A stretch of DNA of 64,000 nucleotides from Candidatus Latescibacterota bacterium (GCA_965204725.1 OZ242005.1:736001-800000), one strand, 5' to 3'; counted from the stretch's first letter, positions 16,885 to 26,860 are shown. Numbers and translations: made by a program. The notes: generated from the letters alone by a model not told the origin.

Positions 16885-19236
16885 ATGCAACGCGCAATAA
16901 TCGCCGGTCTCGTCCTGAGTGCCCCACTCGCGGCTGACATGCTCTCCTTCGACAGTGCCGAAGAATGGGCCCAATGGCAACAACCCTTTGGCTTGGTCCA
17001 AGTCGGCGAGCAGGGCCAGCTCGCGCTCGTCAAATTCCGCCGCGACATCAACCTCGTCGAGGACGCGCACCGCTTCGTCCACGAAACCCGCACCCGCGGC
17101 GATGCGGTCGCCGGGGGCCTCTGGCAAGCCGGTTCCAACGCGGCCGACGCTCCGCTGGCCATCGACGGCGATCCAACGACCTATTGGCAACCCAGTCCAG
17201 ACGACGCCCGCGAGGACTGGTTTATCACCATCGACTTAGGCCGCGCAGCCCTAGCCCGCGAGATTCGCCTGACATTCCCCGACCAAGAAGGCGCGCACCC
17301 GCTTCGCCAATTCCGCGTATTCACCACCTCGGGCGTACGCATCTCGGCCACCGACGATCTCTTCCTCTACCGCCCCGTCTTCCGCACCACGCGCCCCAAC
17401 GCCGAGTCCGAAATCGTCATCCCGCTGCGCTACGCCGGCCGCGACACGGCGATAGTGACGAACCCCGACTTGGATTTGACGCCCGCAGAGCGCAACCACT
17501 ACCAGTTGATCCAGTACATCCAAATCATTTCCGAAGAACAGAACGCCAACGCCGCCCTCGCCGAGATTGAGGTTATCGGCATCGGCGACAACATTGCCAT
17601 CGGCACCAGCCAACGCGGCAATTTCGTCGAAGGCGACGGCACCGGCTCCACCTTCAACCTCTTCGACGCCAACCTCAACACCAACAACACCGTCACCAGC
17701 TGCCGCGGCACCCTGTCGGAATGGGCCGAAGGCGGCACGTGGTTCCGCACGGACTTGGGCGCGACGTTCTTTATCGACGAGATGTTCATCTACTCCATGC
17801 AGCCAGACGAAGGCACCTTGGGGTTCACCATCTCGGGCACGGGACCGGGGCACACCCTGCTCTTTTCCGACGGCACACCGGCCACGGGCACGACCCCCCT
17901 CGTCGAAGTGCCCGAAAACGTCGATTACGAAGAGGTCTTCACCCATCTAGCCCCCAACGCCGACAACCTGCTTTACATGCGCTACCTGTTCGCGCCGCGC
18001 AAGGCCCGCTACTTGTTCTGGCACGGCGTGAGCTGTAGGGGCTGGGGCATCGTCAAGTGGGGCGAGATGCAACTGTTCTCTCCGGGGTATCCAGCGCAAG
18101 TCAAGTTGCAGTCCGACTTTATCAACCTCGGGGAGGAAGCCGGCGATGGGAGGCCCAAAGTCATCAAAGCCCTGCACTGGGACGCCGACCTGCCGCCGGG
18201 CACCCGGGTGCAGCTCCGCTCCCGCTCGGGCAACGCGCTCAGCGCGGAGTACACCTTTTACGACAAGAAGGGCGACAGGGTCACTGAGGAGAAGTGGAAG
18301 AGCTTGCCCAAGGTGATTAGAGGGCCTGTTGACTCGACCTTGGTCACGGGCGAGGACTGGAACGCGTTTAGCAATACCTACCAGTTCTCGGGCGAGCCTT
18401 TCAAATCGGCCAGCCCGCGCCGCTTCATCGTGCTGGAAATGATCCTCTCCACCGACGACCCGGCTGTCGCCCCGACCGTCCATTCGGTCTCGGTCGAGTT
18501 TGAGGATGCCCTAGTCCAAGGCGCGCGCGGCAGCGTCGCCCCCCGCGAGGCCAGCCCCAACCAAGACACGCGCTTCACCTATACCCTCTGGCCCGAGACC
18601 GACGAACTCGACCGGGGCTTCGATCTGCTGCGCTTCACCGTGTCCGAACCTATAGACCTACAGAGCGTCGCGGTGCGGGTCGGCGCGGAACAGGTCGTTC
18701 CGACCGCCTTGGACCTACAGGCCGATTCCCTGCTCATCGCATTGCCGCAGGTGGTCGCCGGCGACTCGCTGCAAGTGAGCTTTACGACCCGCCTGTTGCA
18801 AAACGCCACCGTCTTTGCCCTCGACCTGGGATTGAGCGAATCCCCGGGCCTGTGGCAGTCGGTCGAGGCGGCCGAGCGCCGCTCCAACATCGTCATGCTG
18901 CCCGAACTGACCAGCACCGGCCAGCTCATCAGCGACCTACAGCTTGCTTCTACGACCATAACCCCCAACGGCGACGGCATCAACGACCAGCTAGCGGTGC
19001 GATTCGTCGCCTTCAAGGTCGAGGGCCGCGAGCCGCAAGTGGAAGTATTCGACCTAGCCGGACGCCGAGTAGCAGTCCTCACCCCAAGCTCCGACAGCTC
19101 GCAACGCCTCTTCACTTGGGACGGCCGCGACGCCAACGGAGCGAGCGCCGCCCCCGGCCTATACGTCCTGCGCGTCAATCTAGACGCCGACGCCGGCAAC
19201 GACACCGCACTCCGCACCATCGCCGTAGCCTACTAA
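16885..19236 (+). CDS. Secreted protein with discoidin/F5-8-like region and C-terminal FlgD Ig-like domain
   Basis: AAGGAGG RBS then MQRAIIAG signal peptide; 'AIDGDPTTYW..WFITIDLG'; C-terminal 'ITPNGDGINDQ...VFDLAGRRV...FTWDGRDANG..APGLY'; ends 'VAY'. Confidence 0.8.
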   Translation: MQRAIIAGLVLSAPLAADMLSFDSAEEWAQWQQPFGLVQVGEQGQLALVKFRRDINLVEDAHRFVHETRTRGDAVAGGLWQAGSNAADAPLAIDGDPTTYWQPSPDDAREDWFITIDLGRAALAREIRLTFPDQEGAHPLRQFRVFTTSGVRISATDDLFLYRPVFRTTRPNAESEIVIPLRYAGRDTAIVTNPDLDLTPAERNHYQLIQYIQIISEEQNANAALAEIEVIGIGDNIAIGTSQRGNFVEGDGTGSTFNLFDANLNTNNTVTSCRGTLSEWAEGGTWFRTDLGATFFIDEMFIYSMQPDEGTLGFTISGTGPGHTLLFSDGTPATGTTPLVEVPENVDYEEVFTHLAPNADNLLYMRYLFAPRKARYLFWHGVSCRGWGIVKWGEMQLFSPGYPAQVKLQSDFINLGEEAGDGRPKVIKALHWDADLPPGTRVQLRSRSGNALSAEYTFYDKKGDRVTEEKWKSLPKVIRGPVDSTLVTGEDWNAFSNTYQFSGEPFKSASPRRFIVLEMILSTDDPAVAPTVHSVSVEFEDALVQGARGSVAPREASPNQDTRFTYTLWPETDELDRGFDLLRFTVSEPIDLQSVAVRVGAEQVVPTALDLQADSLLIALPQVVAGDSLQVSFTTRLLQNATVFALDLGLSESPGLWQSVEAAERRSNIVMLPELTSTGQLISDLQLASTTITPNGDGINDQLAVRFVAFKVEGREPQVEVFDLAGRRVAVLTPSSDSSQRLFTWDGRDANGASAAPGLYVLRVNLDADAGNDTALRTIAVAY

Positions 19237-19270
19237 CCTCAACCTCTCAAAACAGTAAGGATAGGAATTC

Positions 19271-19594
19271 GTGCTAAATTATAAAGGTTATACGGGCCGC
19301 GTTGAGTTCGACGACGAGGCCGGCCTCTTTCACGGCGAGGTGCTTGACCTCAAAGACATCGTCACGTTTCAAGGGCGAACCGTTGAGGAACTGGAGCGAG
19401 CCTTTCGCGAATCAGTAGAGGAATACTTGGCCTTCTGCCAAGAGCGCGGCGAAGTACCGGATAAACCCTTTTCTGGCCGCTTAATGCTTCGTCTGCCGCC
19501 GGCGTTGCACCGCGAGATTTACGTGCGGGCACAGCGCAAAGGCAAGAGCCTGAATCAGTGGATTGCGGACCAATTATCAACCGCAGTGGAATGA
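19271..19594 (+). CDS. hicB: HicB-family antitoxin (no adjacent hicA)
   Basis: 'YKGYTGRVEFDDEAGLFHGEV..LKDIVTFQG...PDKPFSGRLMLRLPPALHR...SLNQWI'. Confidence 0.88.
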   Translation: MLNYKGYTGRVEFDDEAGLFHGEVLDLKDIVTFQGRTVEELERAFRESVEEYLAFCQERGEVPDKPFSGRLMLRLPPALHREIYVRAQRKGKSLNQWIADQLSTAVE

Positions 19595-20193
19595 AAGCCG
19601 TCTCCCTCCCAGACGGCGACCTACGCTACGCCCCCGGGTTTTTGGCCCCTGCCGAGGCCGACCAGTTCATGCGGCAACTGTTGGACGGCATTGAGTGGCA
19701 GCAGCACCACGTCGTCGTCTTTGGCCGCTCGCTTCCCGCGCCGCGTCTTTCGGCGTGGCACGGGTCCGCAGCGGCGCACTACACTTATTCGGGGCTGGCG
19801 CTGGAGCCGCGCCCGTGGACCGCGCCGCTGCTGGCCCTCAAGACGCGAACCGAAGCCGCGGCCGCCAGCCCTTTCAACAGCGTCTTGCTCAACCAGTACC
19901 GCGACGGCCGCGACAGCATGGGCTGGCACAGCGACGACGAGCCAGAGCTGGGACCCAACCCGACGATCGCCTCGCTGAGCTTGGGCGGGACGCGGCGTTT
20001 CCTCTTGCGGCACAAGCACCGCGCCCATCCCTCGGTCGAAATCCCCCTCGGACACGGTGCGCTACTCATCATGCGCGGCCCAACCCAAACCTATTGGCAG
20101 CACCAAGTCCCCAAGACTCGACGCCCGTGCGCCCCGCGCCTCAACCTGACTTTTCGCCAAATCGTCGCCACTACAAAGGCAGACGCAAAATGA
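19591..20193 (+). CDS. AlkB-family 2OG-Fe(II) dioxygenase (alkylated DNA repair)
   Basis: 'FNSVLLNQYRDGRDSMGWHSDDE', 'IASLSLG', 'WQHQVPK', 'RLNLTFR'. Confidence 0.92.
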   Translation: MKAVSLPDGDLRYAPGFLAPAEADQFMRQLLDGIEWQQHHVVVFGRSLPAPRLSAWHGSAAAHYTYSGLALEPRPWTAPLLALKTRTEAAAASPFNSVLLNQYRDGRDSMGWHSDDEPELGPNPTIASLSLGGTRRFLLRHKHRAHPSVEIPLGHGALLIMRGPTQTYWQHQVPKTRRPCAPRLNLTFRQIVATTKADAK

Positions 20194-20276
20194 CCCGCAC
20201 GGCCTATGTCTCCTATATGGCGCGCCGGATCGCGCAAATGGGCGGCTAAGTGGAGCATAGCATCCGTTGTTCCGCC

Positions 20277-21290
20277 ATGTCGATTCTACCGGGAAAAATT
20301 AGTGATTTTCTCAAGATCGCGGTGGCGGCTGCCGGGCGCGGCGACCTCCAAACGGTCCAAGCCGCATTGGCGCAAAAGCCCGCGTGGATCCGGCGCATCG
20401 GTTCGCACGGCCGCACCATGCTGTGGGAAGCCGCATACCGGGGACGGCTCGCCATGGTCAATTACCTGCTCGATCAAGGCGCGGACATCCACGCCTGCGG
20501 CTGCCACTTCACGCCCCTGCTCGTCGAAATCTCCCCCTACTGCGCCGCGCGGTACAAGTGCCACGACGCGGTCGCCGACCGGCTGTTAGCACGCGGCGGC
20601 ACGACCGACATCTACACCGCGGCCTTTCTCGGCGAGGGCGACGCGGTTGCCGACTACCTCAACCGGGAACCGAGGTTGGCAACGGCCGAGAAGGCGCAGC
20701 ACGATTCGAGTCGGCGCACGACGGTTTTGCACTACGCCGTAAGTGCCGGGCACCTCGACATCGTCGCGCTGCTGTTGGCGCGGGGGGCCGACCCGCGGCC
20801 GTACAGCGGCTGGCTGATTCGCTTTGCCGTGTGGCGGGACCGCGCCGACATCCTCAAAGCCTTGCTCGACGCCGGGGCCGATCCGACCCACGCCGAGGCC
20901 CCTCGTTGCGGCATCGTCAATGCCGAGATCATCGAGTTGTTGGCCGCTCGCGGCGTCGCCGTGGAGGTGGATCGCGCCGAGGGCGGCTGGCCGCCCCTCG
21001 TCTTTCAGGCGCGCGGCGACCGCGGCGGCAATGTCCAGCGCGTGCGCGACCTGCTCGATCTCGGGGCCGACGTCAACGTCAGGAACCACAAGGGCCAGAC
21101 GGCCTTGCATTGCGCGGCCAAAGCGGGATTCGAGCCAATCGTCGCCTTGTTGCTCGAGCGCGGGGCCGACGTCAACGCCAAAGACCACAAGGGCGCGACG
21201 CCGCTTGCGACCGCGTTCCGCTCAAAGATCAAAAACAAGGATCGGCTCGCCGCGGTCATCGGCCTCCTCACCGACGCGGGTGGCGCTTGA
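20277..21290 (+). CDS. Ankyrin-repeat protein
   Basis: Several ANK motifs, e.g. 'GQTALHCAAKAGFEPIVALLLERGADVNAKDHKGATPL'. Confidence 0.9.
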   Translation: MSILPGKISDFLKIAVAAAGRGDLQTVQAALAQKPAWIRRIGSHGRTMLWEAAYRGRLAMVNYLLDQGADIHACGCHFTPLLVEISPYCAARYKCHDAVADRLLARGGTTDIYTAAFLGEGDAVADYLNREPRLATAEKAQHDSSRRTTVLHYAVSAGHLDIVALLLARGADPRPYSGWLIRFAVWRDRADILKALLDAGADPTHAEAPRCGIVNAEIIELLAARGVAVEVDRAEGGWPPLVFQARGDRGGNVQRVRDLLDLGADVNVRNHKGQTALHCAAKAGFEPIVALLLERGADVNAKDHKGATPLATAFRSKIKNKDRLAAVIGLLTDAGGA

Positions 21291-21404
21291 GGGCTGGCTG
21301 GTATTGCGCCGCCTATACGCCCGCTGTATCTTGCCCCCCATGATTTTACGCATCCGCACTTTCGCCCAGTGCCTTATTCCCCCCTGCAAAGCACATCCCC
21401 TCGC

Positions 21405-22859
21405 ATGAACAAGGTAGAAATCCCGGCGGCCGAAGGCGTCTTTGCCCAGCCTTGGTCGCTGAAGAAACTCTTGGGTATGCTCGCTGTCTTCGGCCCGGCG
21501 GCCATCGTCGCCTCGGTCGCTATTGGCGCCGGCGAGACCATCGTCGTGGTGCGGGCCGGGGCTTGGGCTGGCTATGGCTTGTTGTGGATGGTCTTGCTGA
21601 GTTGCGTGGTCAAGGGCGTCTTCTTCACCTATCTGATTGGCCGCTATACGGCCGTTAGCGGCGAGCTGATCGGCCACCGCCTCGTGCGCCTGCCCGGGCC
21701 GCGGGGATGGCTGCTGTTGACCATCTTGCTCTTTGAGATGATCGGCGCGCCCCTAGCTTGGGTGCCCATCTCTAAGCCCTGCGGCGACCTGTTCCACTTC
21801 CTGCTGCGCGACCTGCTGCCCGCCAGCGAGGAAGAGGTCTTGTGGGAAAACGCCATAACCTCGGCCTTTATTGCCTTGGCCCTGCTCTTTGGCATCCGCC
21901 TGTCCTTTGAACGCCTCGAAAAGCAACAACTCATTATATGTGCAATCCTAGTCGCGGGCACCATCACCGGGACCCTTATCGTGCGTCCAGACTTGGGCGC
22001 GGCACTGTTGGGAACCTTTCGCTTTGGCGACCTACCGCCCTTCCCAGACTGGGCACCCGAGGACGCGGTCGCGCATCCGCTGTTGACGTTGGGCACCACC
22101 TTTGGCTACGTCGGTGGGTCCGTCATTGGCTACATCGCCTATGCCAACTGGGTCGGCCTGCACAAGTGGGGGATGACTGGCCACCGAGACATTGAGGCCA
22201 TTCGCGCACACGCCGCCCGCAGCGACGCCATTGACTACCTCCCCGACGACCCCCAGCAAGTTCGCCGCCTGCGGCAACGCGTCTCGCCGCTGCGCTGGGA
22301 CGTGGGGCTGGGGGCGCTGGTCCTCTTCATCGTCACCGGGGCCTTTATGGTTTCCGGGGCGGCCGTGCTCTTTCCGCTGGAGACCCGCTTTGAGGGCTGG
22401 AGCCTGCTGACGAACCAAGCCCACGTCTGGCGTCAGATTCATCCGAGCTTGGTGTGGATTTACTACGTCTGCATCCTCGCCGCGCTGTGGGGCACTTTGC
22501 AAGCCCTGCCCGAAATCTACGCCCGCGTGGCCCAAGAATTTCTCGCCGCCCGCTGGCCGGACCGCACGTGGGAGTACCAGGCGATCAAGCGCGTCATCTG
22601 CCTCTACATTTTCGCCGCGGCCATGCTCATCGTCTGGAACAACATCCCCTTCGACATCCTGACCCAGATCGCCGGTTTCCTCATCGCCAACCTAGCCATT
22701 GCGATAATGATGGCAGCAGCCATCTACCTCAACTTCAAGCTGCCCGCCTCCTACCGCACCCGCGCTTGGGTCCTCGGCGGCGCTGTGCTCTCGACCGTGG
22801 TGCTAATCGCCTCGGCCGTCGTCAGCGGTTGGGGTCTGCTGCAAAAATTGGGGGGCTAA
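21405..22859 (+). CDS. Nramp-like / APC-superfamily membrane transporter
   Basis: 'GPAAIVASVAIGAGE...GAWAGYGLLW', 'GRYTAVSGE'; multiple TM segments. Confidence 0.75.
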   Translation: MNKVEIPAAEGVFAQPWSLKKLLGMLAVFGPAAIVASVAIGAGETIVVVRAGAWAGYGLLWMVLLSCVVKGVFFTYLIGRYTAVSGELIGHRLVRLPGPRGWLLLTILLFEMIGAPLAWVPISKPCGDLFHFLLRDLLPASEEEVLWENAITSAFIALALLFGIRLSFERLEKQQLIICAILVAGTITGTLIVRPDLGAALLGTFRFGDLPPFPDWAPEDAVAHPLLTLGTTFGYVGGSVIGYIAYANWVGLHKWGMTGHRDIEAIRAHAARSDAIDYLPDDPQQVRRLRQRVSPLRWDVGLGALVLFIVTGAFMVSGAAVLFPLETRFEGWSLLTNQAHVWRQIHPSLVWIYYVCILAALWGTLQALPEIYARVAQEFLAARWPDRTWEYQAIKRVICLYIFAAAMLIVWNNIPFDILTQIAGFLIANLAIAIMMAAAIYLNFKLPASYRTRAWVLGGAVLSTVVLIASAVVSGWGLLQKLGG

Positions 22860-22870
22860 CTCGCGCCGCG

Positions 22871-23545
22871 TCACTTGCCATCGATTAGCTCGGCCTTTTG
22901 CCAATACGCGGCAAAGTGCTGGCGCAGCCACGCCAGCGGCGAAAAGCGGAGCGCATTAAACCCCCCCCAAGACCAGCGCAACGGCCATTCTTGCCGACCA
23001 GTGAGCCGTTGGAAGAGCGCTTGACGCTCCTCGCCCGCCAACTCCTCTCCACTGCTAAGCCGCGCCAGTTCGCGCTCGTACGTCCCCTCGATGAGCATGC
23101 GGGCGTGCCGAGCGACCTTTTCCGGCTCCAGTACCGCCACCCGCGCACACACCATGCCGGCCTCGCGCCGCACAAAGGCACGAATGGGGGCCGACGGCCA
23201 AGCACCCTGATGCGCACGCGCCTCGCGGGCGATCGAGACCGGGTTCATCGCCCCATAAGTGCGGCAGATCAGCGGGCGCACCGGATAGATGGTACAGCTA
23301 TGGTCCGCGCCGAGAAAGGGACAGCGGCGGGGCCGCTCCTCGGTAAAACTCAGCAACTCTTGGCGACGCTGCGGGGAAAAATGCCGCTCCACATAGGCGA
23401 CGATGTAGAGATATTCGGCCCGGTAGAGCGGGAACATGGTGGCGTAGTAAGTGTCGAACTCCTCGTCCGTGAGCGCACAGCAATCGCCCGTACCAGCACA
23501 CCGCGTCGCCGGCACTTGACTGTAGAGCACCTCTAAATCGCGCAT
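22871..23545 (-). CDS. YkgJ-family cysteine-cluster protein
   Basis: 'CAGTGDCC', 'RCPFL...CTIYPVRPLICRTYG'. Confidence 0.8.
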   Translation of the reverse strand: MRDLEVLYSQVPATRCAGTGDCCALTDEEFDTYYATMFPLYRAEYLYIVAYVERHFSPQRRQELLSFTEERPRRCPFLGADHSCTIYPVRPLICRTYGAMNPVSIAREARAHQGAWPSAPIRAFVRREAGMVCARVAVLEPEKVARHARMLIEGTYERELARLSSGEELAGEERQALFQRLTGRQEWPLRWSWGGFNALRFSPLAWLRQHFAAYWQKAELIDGK

Positions 23546-23613
23546 GAATCCTCTTGTACACTTTGAGCGGAACTACCTTAAACCCTTACTACACGACACC
23601 AGCGGTCAACCTT

Positions 23614-23667
23614 CCAAGGATTGAGGGCATCTTACCCGCGATCCCGGACGCAGCGGCAACACCAGAA
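23614..23667. repeat. REP-like intergenic element, copy A
   Basis: ccaaggattgagggcatcttacccgcgatcccggacgcagcggcaacaccagaa; 41/54 ungapped identity (manual count) to 30983-31036. Confidence 0.7.
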
Positions 23668-23732
23668 TCCCACACTTGAACGAGGAGCGGTAAAATCGCC
23701 GCCAAGAATAACCCTGTCAAAGGCTCCATGCG

Positions 23733-24992
23733 CTAGCGCACCTTTGCAATCAACGCCGCGGCCCGCTGCCGTATCAGCAACTCGCTCGCCGGCGCGATCA
23801 TCTGCACACTCGGATAGAACTTGTAGGCTTGGTCGATCTCGTAGCCGCCGCGCGCGTACTCGTCGGCCGTGGGCACATAGCCAATGCAGCCATTGGCAAA
23901 GCCGCACAACACGGCTGGCCCATGCGCGGCCTCCAAGTCGAGCTGATATCGTGCAAAAAGCTCGCCTTCCACGCCCAAGAGCACGAGCGGGCCAAAGGCC
24001 AACGCCTGCATCTCAAAGGGCTGGACCCGAGCGCAGCCCGCACCAGCCCGCACCCATTTGCATAGAGACGCAGCCCAGTCGAGTTGCGCCTTGGGCACCT
24101 CACCGCCCCGCGCTAGACGCACCCGCAGGTGCCATTTGAGTTTCTCGGCCTCAGCGCGCCAGCGCGGCGGCAGGGGCCGCAGGGGCAAGTCCAACCGCTC
24201 GTGCGCCCAGCCCAAGGCCGAGGCCTCCACGGGCGCGGCCTCAGCCCGCCCCTCCAGCACGGCCCGACCCAACTCCTGCCCCAATTCTTCCATCGCGGCA
24301 AACGAGCCGTTGGCTACCCGCGGATTGACGTCGCCGCAGGCCCCATTTACGAATAGAGCCCGCCCGCCGGTCGCAGCCTCAACGCAGCGGGCTGCTTCCC
24401 CGGGGAAGTCGCCGCTGATCTGGTGATTGTCGCGGCCTAAGACCACCGGATGGCAAGCATGGCTAAAGATCGTGGCCTCGGCCCCGCGCTCGGCCGCAAA
24501 GCGCAATACATGCGCGTAGGGCACGACCTCGCCTTTGACGCTCTGCGGCCGGCGATTACGGCCTATCTGCACCTCGGGGCGCGCATAGTACAAGCGGCCC
24601 GGTCGGCTATCGCTGGCCGCAGCCACCACTGCCTCGACCACGGCGTCTGCAACCTGCGCCAAGTAGCGGCGGTCCATGCTGGTTAGGCCGCGGAAGGGGA
24701 GGGTCAGCGGGCCGGAGTGGGTGTGGGAAGCGCAGACCATGATGGCCGCGCCTGCAATACCCGTGGCGCACTCGATCCGATCGCGGATTGCCCGCACAAC
24801 ACCTGCGTCCAACCCCACCAAATCGACCGCGACGAGGACGACGAGCGACGCCCCTCGGCCGCAGACGAGGGCCTTGGCCATGAGGCGGTCGCGGATGTGC
24901 GTGGCTCCGGATCGCCGCCCCCAATACCCACCCATTGCAATGCCAATCGGCGGCGTGATGTCGGCGGCCGCCGCGCCAAAGTGCAAGGTCAC
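23733..24992 (-). CDS. Neutral/alkaline ceramidase N-terminal-domain-like hydrolase
   Basis: 'DITPPIGIAMGGY', 'CASHTHSGP', 'HACHPVVLG..N.QISGDFPG', 'NGACGDVNP', 'GYVPT...ARGGYE'. Confidence 0.75.
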   Translation of the reverse strand: MTLHFGAAAADITPPIGIAMGGYWGRRSGATHIRDRLMAKALVCGRGASLVVLVAVDLVGLDAGVVRAIRDRIECATGIAGAAIMVCASHTHSGPLTLPFRGLTSMDRRYLAQVADAVVEAVVAAASDSRPGRLYYARPEVQIGRNRRPQSVKGEVVPYAHVLRFAAERGAEATIFSHACHPVVLGRDNHQISGDFPGEAARCVEAATGGRALFVNGACGDVNPRVANGSFAAMEELGQELGRAVLEGRAEAAPVEASALGWAHERLDLPLRPLPPRWRAEAEKLKWHLRVRLARGGEVPKAQLDWAASLCKWVRAGAGCARVQPFEMQALAFGPLVLLGVEGELFARYQLDLEAAHGPAVLCGFANGCIGYVPTADEYARGGYEIDQAYKFYPSVQMIAPASELLIRQRAAALIAKVR

Positions 24993-25510
24993 GGCCGCGG
25001 CCCCTCTCGCCAGCCGGCGGGCAGGACGACGAGCGCGGTCCCGGGGCGGCAGGCATTGTACAGCGCGCGCAAGTCAGCAGCCCCGATTTGCAGGTCCATA
25101 GCACCGCGACGACGCCAAGCCGGGCTAGCGTAGATCAGCAGCCCGCTCGCAAAGTACAGGGCACTGGTCGCCGCGGCATCGACGACCAAGTTCTGTTCCC
25201 AGTCGAAAGGGCTGGGCGTCAAACCGCGCCACGGGCTGCTGGGCCGATAGCGGCGCAACCGGGCCTTGAGCGGGGATTGCACCGGCGACCGCGCCCCCAG
25301 GGAGTCGGCCACCATCGGCACGCTCCGCAACAGGGCCTTCCCGTGCATCAGCCGCAACTCGGCCGCCCCCCGATCCACCAGCAAGTACGGCGCGTCCGCT
25401 TCAATGGCCTGCAACCAAGCCCGCAACGCAGCGTTGATATAAGCCAAGTCCCCAGCCGACGCCGCGCTCGCGCCGCAGACCAAGGCCCAAACCAGCACTA
25501 GGAGCCGCAT
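24989..25510 (-). CDS. Secreted protein resembling a catalytically degenerate L,D-transpeptidase domain
   Basis: Signal peptide; 'PYLLVD...LRLMHGKALLRS', 'ALYFASGLLIYAS', 'ADLRALYNACRPGTALVVL' parallel the neighbouring YkuD protein but lack HG and HGC. Confidence 0.5.
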   Translation of the reverse strand: MRLLVLVWALVCGASAASAGDLAYINAALRAWLQAIEADAPYLLVDRGAAELRLMHGKALLRSVPMVADSLGARSPVQSPLKARLRRYRPSSPWRGLTPSPFDWEQNLVVDAAATSALYFASGLLIYASPAWRRRGAMDLQIGAADLRALYNACRPGTALVVLPAGWREGPRP

Positions 25511-25519
25511 CGCTCAACG

Positions 25520-26140
25520 CTAGTAGATAAAGACCGGCCAGCCGATTTCGACCGTTTCGTAAAGATACTCCAGCTCCTCGTTGCCCATCCGTATGCAGCC
25601 GTGGGTGATGCTCTTGCCTAAGTTGATTTCAAAGAGGGTGCCGTGGATCATAAAATCCTTGAGAAAGTACAATGCGTACGCGCCCAAGACCCCGCGCTGG
25701 AACCGCCGCGGATCCTCGGCGAAAATGGGGATCTCCTCGTCGTTTTCGACGAAGAACCAAGTCGGCCGAGTCCACAGGGGATCGGCGACTTTGCGGCGGA
25801 TGGCAAAGCGGCCCTTGGGGGTGTCAAAAGTCCAGCGATGCCACCGCTTAGCCCCTTCGAGCTTGCGGCCACTGCCCGTTGCACAAGCGGCTTGGCGCAA
25901 CACCTGCTCCCCCTCGCGGAGCGCGATTAGATTGTCTTGGGTATTGATGACGAGGTAGGGCGTAGCTAGATCGTGGCCCTCAATAGCTTGCACCAGTTGC
26001 TGGTGCTCTACCGAGAGCGCGGACGCACCTGCGGCGGGCGGCCCCGACCACAGGACAAAAAAAAACAAAGCGGCCGAGAGTAACTCCCGGCCGCCTGTGG
26101 TTGGTGCTTGCAAGGGTGCGCTCAGATGCGCTCGTACCAA
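25520..26140 (-). CDS. L,D-transpeptidase (YkuD family)
   Basis: 'FDTPKGRF', 'DPLWTRP', 'MIHGT...ITHGCIRM'; exact start uncertain. Confidence 0.88.
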   Translation of the reverse strand: MVRAHLSAPLQAPTTGGRELLSAALFFFVLWSGPPAAGASALSVEHQQLVQAIEGHDLATPYLVINTQDNLIALREGEQVLRQAACATGSGRKLEGAKRWHRWTFDTPKGRFAIRRKVADPLWTRPTWFFVENDEEIPIFAEDPRRFQRGVLGAYALYFLKDFMIHGTLFEINLGKSITHGCIRMGNEELEYLYETVEIGWPVFIY

Positions 26141-26745
26141 GGGCGCATCTTCTCGACCAGATCGTGGTATTTTTTTACGGCCACCATCACGCCGTCGGCG
26201 ATTGCGGTCGCCTTCTGATCCGCGCTATCGGCGAGGGACTCGGCATCGGAGAAATCCTCGCTGTTCACTGCGGCTTCGGCCGCTTCTATATCGGCTTCGG
26301 CCGTGCTTAACTCAGCGCGCAGTTCCTCAATATCGGCCTCCGTGCCCTTGCCCGCCGGCGCGTCCTCTAGGCTGGTATATGCGGCCGCGACCGCGTCGCG
26401 GGCCGCGGCAATCGCGGCTTGGGCCGACTCCCTCTGGCGTTTCTTTTCGGCTTGGGCCGACGACTCGGCCTGCATGGCTTTGCTCTTGGCATCGGCGATT
26501 TGGGTGCGCGCCTGCTCAAAGTCCTTCAAGAGGAAAAAGCGCTCGGCTTCGGTGTTGGTCGTGGCTTCGGCTTCGCTGTACGCACGCTGCGCGGACGAGT
26601 ACTCGTTGGCCGCAAAGCGCTCCGCACCGACGTCTCGGGCCGCGTCGAGGGCTTGCTTGGCCGCTTGTAGCTCGGCTGTGGGGGGGTCGTCACAGCCCGC
26701 CAAAACCGCGATGGCGATAAACAGCGCTATTGCCCGTATTTTCAT
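26122..26745 (-). CDS. Alanine-rich coiled-coil lipoprotein (DUF4398-like)
   Basis: Lipobox 'VLAGC' followed by 'PPTAELQAAKQALDAARDVGAERFA..EY'. Confidence 0.75.
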   Translation of the reverse strand: MKIRAIALFIAIAVLAGCDDPPTAELQAAKQALDAARDVGAERFAANEYSSAQRAYSEAEATTNTEAERFFLLKDFEQARTQIADAKSKAMQAESSAQAEKKRQRESAQAAIAAARDAVAAAYTSLEDAPAGKGTEADIEELRAELSTAEADIEAAEAAVNSEDFSDAESLADSADQKATAIADGVMVAVKKYHDLVEKMRPWYERI

Positions 26746-26860
26746 GGTCCACCTTCCTGAGTTTGAACGTTCTGTACTCTCTAATATCTGAGACAATCTA
26801 AAGGGAAGGACGGGAAATTGTCAAGCGCAAATCAGGGCGCGGCCGTGCGGCTTCGCCCCT

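Noticed and set aside
23546-23732. 6S RNA, tRNA or riboswitch in the long intergenic region
   Set aside because: No cloverleaf or recognisable aptamer consensus; better explained by a REP-like element plus a minus-strand TTGACA promoter.
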